DNA of 64,000 nucleotides from NCBI GenBank assembly GCA_019752815.1, contig JAIELQ010000003.1, positions 18,722-82,721 of the forward strand, read 5' to 3'. The translations under genes were made by a program, and so were the position numbers. Of the stretch, positions 58,886-64,000 are shown piece by piece. Under the pieces are notes generated by a model that was not told the DNA's origin, searched no databases, and worked only from the letters and a program-made list of their open reading frames with translations. Position 1 is the stretch's first letter. Every line of letters starts with the position of its first letter. The DNA comes from Patescibacteria group bacterium. Lineage in GTDB: Bacteria > Patescibacteriota > Minisyncoccia > Phycocordibacterales > UBA918.

Positions 58886-59065
58886 ATAAGTGCAGTGGCG
58901 AAACTGGTTTGGTTCACATTGGCTTTTGAAACGACCAACTATACCCTACCAATCTTTCTCGCCACCCAACACTTCAGGATTCGAACCTCAGACCCCAATG
59001 GAGTGTTGTTGCTGGGCAATAGTAGCTTATTTTGGGGATTTGTTCAACCGAGACTATGAACGGAT

Positions 59066-59356
59066 CTAGGCTTTACTTTTTTTATAACATTCAAGACATT
59101 TTAGGTTACTGGTGTCGCGCGGGGTAAATGGGAGGCTGGTAATAGCAGCACCACAACCACCGCAGGACCAATTTCCGGCTACTTTTGGTTTTTCACCTGC
59201 TGGGGCGTCTGATGACTGGGCTCCGTCAGCTGGTGCAGCATTTCGACTTTTGGCGAAACAGGCACTGCAAGTGAGGCCACTGTTACTACGGGGTTCAAAT
59301 GGTAGTTGGGTGATGGCTCCCCCACAGGTACTACAGGTCCAGTTTCCTTGATGCAT
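59066..59356 (-). CDS. CxxC-x17-CxxC domain protein (two copies)
   Basis: WTCSTCG..LPFEP..CSACF and WSCGGCG..LPFTP..CLECY. Confidence 0.88.
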   Translation of the reverse strand: MHQGNWTCSTCGGAITQLPFEPRSNSGLTCSACFAKSRNAAPADGAQSSDAPAGEKPKVAGNWSCGGCGAAITSLPFTPRDTSNLKCLECYKKSKA

Positions 59357-59417
59357 ATGATTGGATTAAATTAAAGTTTATTTATAAGTATACACCCATC
59401 TTATAAGTGTTTTTCAG

Positions 59418-59535
59418 AGGCTTTAAATTGCGTTAATAACGCGAAGCGGGAGAATAATTTGGCGAGCCGTACCTATCGTACGGTGAGATAAATTATTTGA
59501 ACCAGCGACAAAGTTAGTGACGTGATTTTAAGCCT
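59418..59535 (-). repeat. ERIC-like palindromic element, copy 8
   Basis: Arms AGGCTTAAAAT / ATTTAAAGCCT include the pyrG stop; core TCACCGTAC-GATAG-GTACGGCTC. Confidence 0.8.
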
Positions 59536-61213
59536 TTGATTCGTAGGAGGCGCGAACGAAGGCAGTAAACAGAGGATGCGGCCTCAGTGGTCGTGCCATC
59601 AATTCCGGATGGAACTGAGTACCGACAAAAAACGGATGGTCAATTTTTGGTAATTCTACAATTTCCATTAACCTGCCATCAGGTGAGGTTCCTGAGAATA
59701 CCATACCGGCTTTTTCAATCGCCTCAATGTAGTCTGGATTAATCTCATAGCGGTGACGGTGACGTTCGGTAACTTCTGCCGATTTGTAGGCGAGAGCCGC
59801 TTGTGATTTAGGTTTTAGTTTTGCAACGTATGCCCCCAGACGCATCGTACCGCCCATATCTGATTTGGCAATTTTTTCTCGTTGTTCTGGCATGATACCG
59901 ACGACCAAATCAGCGGCTTTTGGATTTATCTCTTCGGTACTCGCATCTTTAAGTTTTAAGACATTGCGTGCATATTCTAGAACTGCTAATTGCATTCCGT
60001 AACAAATACCAAAATATGGGATTTTATTTTTGCGTACATATTCAATGACTTTGAGCTTACCCTCAATTCCCGTTTTACCAAAACCTCCTGGTACCAACAC
60101 CCCATCATATTTTTTGAGATCTGATAGTTTCTTACCATCTTCAAATTCAAGTGATGACCGGTACTCAATGATTGGTTTCAATCCTAGCTTGTAGGTAGAG
60201 TATTTAATGGCCTCAATCACTGAAATATATACGTCGGACAATACAAAATCTCCTGAAGTTAAATACTTCCCTACCACTGCAATTTTGACGGTATCTCGAC
60301 CATTTTTACTATGGGCTACAAACTGTTTCCAGCCGCGCAAATCTGAAGTTTTAGAGTGCTGCAGATTAAGTAACTCACACAATCGGGTTGATAGGTTGTC
60401 TTTTTCAAAATTAAGCGGAATGTCATAAATACTCGGGACGTCCGGTGCTGAAATAACATTCTCGATTTTTACATTGCAAAAACGTGAGATTTTCTCTTTT
60501 CGTTTTTGGTCCACTCCTACTGGACTACGTGCAATAATCACATCCGCAAATACCCCAGCATTATTTAAGGTACGTACCGCAGTTTGTGTCGGTTTAGTTT
60601 TCATTTCTCCGATACTCCCTGGCACCGGAAGATAACTCACCATAACCACCGCTACATTTTCAGGCATCTCACCCTTCATCATGCGGACCGCCTCAAGAAA
60701 CAACACATTTTGGTATTCACCCACCGTTCCACCGACTTCAATTAGTGTCACATCGGCATCGGCTAGTTGTGCTGCTGTTTTAATGCGAGCAATAACTTCA
60801 AGAGGAATATCCGGCACTACTTCAACGGTCTTACCTTTATATTCGAGATTTCGTTCTTTGCGGATTACTGACTGATAGACACTACCAGTCGTCATGTAGT
60901 TTACGCTTGGTAAATCAACATTAAGGAACCGTTCGTAGTTGCCCATGTCCTGATCTGTTTCTAGTCCATCGTGCAATACAAAACATTCCCCATGTTCGGT
61001 GGGGTTCATTGTGCCAGCGTCAACGTTAATGTATGGATCGACCTTGAGGGCGGTGACATTAAGTCCCCGCGCCTGCAGTATAAGAGCAATTGATGATGAG
61101 GTAATCCCTTTTCCGACACCACTCATCACCCCGCCGACGACAAAGATGAATTTAGATTGTTTAGTTTTTTGGGGAGAAATATTTTTCTTGGCAGTTTTAG
61201 TGACTTTCTTCAT
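59528..61213 (-). CDS. pyrG: CTP synthase
   Basis: GGVMSGVGKG, DPYINVDAGTM, KTKPTQ, GICYGMQ, RHRHRYE, QFHPE. Confidence 0.98.
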   Translation of the reverse strand: MKKVTKTAKKNISPQKTKQSKFIFVVGGVMSGVGKGITSSSIALILQARGLNVTALKVDPYINVDAGTMNPTEHGECFVLHDGLETDQDMGNYERFLNVDLPSVNYMTTGSVYQSVIRKERNLEYKGKTVEVVPDIPLEVIARIKTAAQLADADVTLIEVGGTVGEYQNVLFLEAVRMMKGEMPENVAVVMVSYLPVPGSIGEMKTKPTQTAVRTLNNAGVFADVIIARSPVGVDQKRKEKISRFCNVKIENVISAPDVPSIYDIPLNFEKDNLSTRLCELLNLQHSKTSDLRGWKQFVAHSKNGRDTVKIAVVGKYLTSGDFVLSDVYISVIEAIKYSTYKLGLKPIIEYRSSLEFEDGKKLSDLKKYDGVLVPGGFGKTGIEGKLKVIEYVRKNKIPYFGICYGMQLAVLEYARNVLKLKDASTEEINPKAADLVVGIMPEQREKIAKSDMGGTMRLGAYVAKLKPKSQAALAYKSAEVTERHRHRYEINPDYIEAIEKAGMVFSGTSPDGRLMEIVELPKIDHPFFVGTQFHPELMARPLRPHPLFTAFVRASYESKA

Positions 61214-61219
61214 ACAACT

Positions 61220-62122
61220 TTATACACGTAGATAGCGGGTAATAGCGAGCACGCTCGATACGAGACCAAGCGTAACGCCGATGCCAATCAAGACCAAGAA
61301 TATATATGCGAAGTTATTTACAAAATATTCAAAGATGTTTACTTCAAAAAACTGAGCTGTTTTTGGACCGAGCCACAAGACAATTGGGTACAAAATGAGG
61401 AGAGCCAACACACCTGAGATTACACCATACATTACTCCCTGCAACATAAATGGACCACGAATGTACATGTTACTTGCTCCTACCAACCGCATAATGGAAA
61501 TTTCTTCTTTCGCAGTAAAGATTGCCAGACGAATAGTATTAAAGGTAATCAGAACTGAAGCCATAATAAGCACCATTAGTGCCACAAAACTGGCTTGTTC
61601 AACCGCATCAATAATTGAGGCTAATTTCCCGATTGATTCTTTGTTTTTCGTATAGTTAATTTCGTCAATGATAGGATTTTTTTGTTCTTCGAGATAGCGA
61701 TTTATACTTTCGTACTGGGAAGCTTCTTGGGCACGGATGGCAATAGTTGCTCCAAGCGGGTTTTCTCGCAACTCATCGAGTGCCTGCATTGCTACACTGT
61801 CATTTTGATTTTTAGCTCGATACTCTGCCAAAGCTTCATCTCGTGAAGTATATGTCACCTCCTGAACATCAGGGAGTGCCTTAACTGAATTAATGAGAGC
61901 ATCAATTTCTTCTTGCGGGGCTGTCGTTACAAAATAAACATTGATATCAACCTTGGCTTGCAGTTGCGAGAGAGATGCCCCGAGCAACTGATCAATCAGC
62001 ATGGTTGAACCAATCACAAAGAGCGCCACGGTAATGACAAATATTGAGGCGAGTGATACATACGCATTACGCCAAAACCCTACAAACCCCGCTTTAAAAA
62101 TTCTTCGAAGACTTGTTACCAT
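61220..62122 (-). CDS. ftsX: Cell division permease FtsX
   Basis: Four TM helices, NTIRLAI, EISIMRLVGAS..YIRGPF. Confidence 0.93.
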   Translation of the reverse strand: MVTSLRRIFKAGFVGFWRNAYVSLASIFVITVALFVIGSTMLIDQLLGASLSQLQAKVDINVYFVTTAPQEEIDALINSVKALPDVQEVTYTSRDEALAEYRAKNQNDSVAMQALDELRENPLGATIAIRAQEASQYESINRYLEEQKNPIIDEINYTKNKESIGKLASIIDAVEQASFVALMVLIMASVLITFNTIRLAIFTAKEEISIMRLVGASNMYIRGPFMLQGVMYGVISGVLALLILYPIVLWLGPKTAQFFEVNIFEYFVNNFAYIFLVLIGIGVTLGLVSSVLAITRYLRV

Positions 62123-62133
62123 AGTAAATATAT

Positions 62134-62817
62134 TTATAGCACGTACTTACCTGTTTGGTCATCACGAACAATCCGTCCTCCATCCATGGTAATCACTCGC
62201 TTACCTAATTCGTCTATCACTCCTTTATTATGGGTCGTCATTACTACCGTTGTTCCCAGGTCATTAATTTTTCGCAAAATCTGCACTACTTCGTAGGTAG
62301 CAATTGGATCAAGATTTCCTGTTGGTTCATCCGCCACAATAATGTCTGGCTGATTCACAATTGCGCGAGCAATCGCTACTCGTTGTTTTTCACCGCCCGA
62401 CAGTTCATTGGGGAAATTCCACGCTTTATCTGAAAGATCAACGAGCGCAAGCGCCTGCGGAACATTCTCCGCAATTTCTTCGTCACTTCGACCATTAGCT
62501 TCCATAGCAAAGGCAATATTTTCATACGCCGTTTTATGAGGGAGTAATTTAAAGTCTTGGAAGACTGTTCCAATTTTTCGACGATATTGTGGCAGACGAG
62601 TGCGCGGAATTTTATGAATATCGAGTGATTCAAAGAAAACTTGTCCGTGAGTCGGAATGTCCTCGGCAATAATCATTTTCAGAAGTGTCGATTTCCCTGC
62701 TCCAGAATGTCCCACAATCGAAACGAACTCTTTGGGATCAATCTGAAACGTCACTTCTTCAATTGCAGCCGAGCGTCCTCCGTTGTAGAGCTTGGAAACA
62801 TTGTCAAAGTAAATCAT
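62134..62817 (-). CDS. ftsE: Cell division ATP-binding protein FtsE
   Basis: GHSGAGKST, VFQDFKLL, LSGGEKQRV, ADEPTGNLD; upstream of ftsX. Confidence 0.95.
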   Translation of the reverse strand: MIYFDNVSKLYNGGRSAAIEEVTFQIDPKEFVSIVGHSGAGKSTLLKMIIAEDIPTHGQVFFESLDIHKIPRTRLPQYRRKIGTVFQDFKLLPHKTAYENIAFAMEANGRSDEEIAENVPQALALVDLSDKAWNFPNELSGGEKQRVAIARAIVNQPDIIVADEPTGNLDPIATYEVVQILRKINDLGTTVVMTTHNKGVIDELGKRVITMDGGRIVRDDQTGKYVL

Positions 62818-62829
62818 AGATACTCTATT

Positions 62830-63702
62830 TTACGCTACTACGGGGTGTGCGTCTAGGAAGACCTGTATATCACCGTCAAGAATCGGAGAGATGTTACGTA
62901 TTTCAACATTTGTACGATGATCTTTTACTAATTGATAGGGATGTAATACGTAGGAGCGAATCTGGCTACCCCATTCTATTTTTACTGTTTTCTCAATTGA
63001 AAGCCCAGCGAGTTCTCGAGCGCGCTGCGCCTCTTCAAAGGCAAATAGTTTCCCGGCTAACAGTTTCATTGCTAACTCACGATTTTGTTGCTGTGAGCGC
63101 TCAGTGGAGACATGGACAGAAATGTTTGTTGGAATATGAGTCATACGGACCGCCGTCTCACGTTTGTTCACGTTTTGCCCTCCTGCACCACCAGAGCGCG
63201 CAAAGGTGACGTCAATATCCGTTTCAGGAATAGTAACTGCCGAGAGATCGTCAATTTGTGGCGACACTTCAATCAATACAAAAGAAGTTTGCCGTTTGCC
63301 ATTACTATTAAACGGCGAAATGCGAACTAACCGGTGCACACCTGACTCTACTCGTAGTGTACCGTACGCATTTTTACCCTGAATCTCAAGTGTCAGGTTT
63401 CGATACCCACCGTTATCATTTTGGTTACTATCGACTTCAAGCACTCCCCACCCCCGACTGACCGCATATTTTTGATACATGTCGCGTAACATCCGAGCGA
63501 AGTCTTCGGCATCGTCCCCACCGGCACCAGCTACAATAGTCATCATGGCGTTGTTGCGATCATATTTTCCTTTTCCATCAGCTGAGTCTTTTAACTCCTG
63601 CAGCTCCTTTATCATTGCCTGAGCCTTTTGCGGATTCTGCCAAAAATCAGCCGCCAGCATGGCGGTTTCAATTTCGGTAATGCGGGGATTTTGGTCTGAC
63701 AT
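62830..63702 (-). CDS. prfB: Peptide chain release factor 2 (short, no frameshift)
   Basis: [29 protein letters not shown]; start at MSDQ because the longer ORF overlaps tRNA-Thr. Confidence 0.93.
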   Translation of the reverse strand: MSDQNPRITEIETAMLAADFWQNPQKAQAMIKELQELKDSADGKGKYDRNNAMMTIVAGAGGDDAEDFARMLRDMYQKYAVSRGWGVLEVDSNQNDNGGYRNLTLEIQGKNAYGTLRVESGVHRLVRISPFNSNGKRQTSFVLIEVSPQIDDLSAVTIPETDIDVTFARSGGAGGQNVNKRETAVRMTHIPTNISVHVSTERSQQQNRELAMKLLAGKLFAFEEAQRARELAGLSIEKTVKIEWGSQIRSYVLHPYQLVKDHRTNVEIRNISPILDGDIQVFLDAHPVVA

Positions 63703-63752
63703 ACTTGAATGTAGTATACCAAAAAAATCCCATACTGGGATTTTTTGTTTTG

Positions 63753-63825
63753 AGCCATCAAACAGAATCGAACTGTTGACCTTCGCCTTACCATGGCGAT
63801 GCTCTACCAACTGAGCTATGATGGC
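63753..63825 (-). tRNA. tRNA-Thr(GGT)
   Basis: GCCATCA/TGATGGC acceptor; TCGCC-ATGGTAA-GGCGA anticodon arm. Confidence 0.95.
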
Positions 63826-64000
63826 TGACTACTCAAATATCTTGAGTGTTAGTATCCTACCAAAATAAACCGGGAACGCAAAATATTGGGCGAATAAATT
63901 CAATAGCAATTTTATACAGTTACTTTAATCGTAAATAAAAGTACCAAACGATAGATATAACTAAACCTAATACATTGATTAACTTCCAGAGTAAAAGCCA

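Noticed and set aside
63703-63810. Extended or frameshifted prfB N-terminus
   Set aside because: The extension overlaps tRNA-Thr and its terminator, and there is no CTT-TGA slippery site.
1-64000. UGA-recoded genetic code, prophage or diversity-generating retroelement
   Set aside because: TGA ends several intact genes (4876, 13927, 20747) and RF2 is present; no phage structural, integrase or reverse transcriptase genes were recognised.

Overview
This 64-kb window most likely comes from a Patescibacteria (CPR, Parcubacteria-like) chromosome using the standard genetic code; this is inferred from gene content and layout. Housekeeping genes include trxB, engB, bcp, glmS, tsaD, valS, lepA, murJ, rlmB, mltG, pyrG, ftsEX and prfB. 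It also holds an AT-rich type IV pilus cluster, a Phd/RelE toxin-antitoxin pair, a ZIP/CooC-like/Fur metal locus, 7 tRNAs and RNase P RNA. The most unusual signals are non-coding. (1) Behind tRNA-Gln, -Phe, -Arg and -Glu sit repeat units: terminator, hairpin-interrupted inverted copy of that tRNA's own 3' end, a structured core, then a direct copy. At tRNA-Gln these units are tandem and enclose cargo genes bounded by GGGAC att-like junctions, which recur around genes at 45.5-46.6 kb. (2) Eight ERIC-like palindromes occur, seven of them starting at the stop codon of the upstream gene in its sense orientation. (3) Two leader-peptide attenuators, one encoding YFFFWF, precede tiny orphan ORFs. (4) Many conserved genes look leaderless, while orphan genes carry Shine-Dalgarno sites. 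Gene calls come from motif recognition only; no database search was run.
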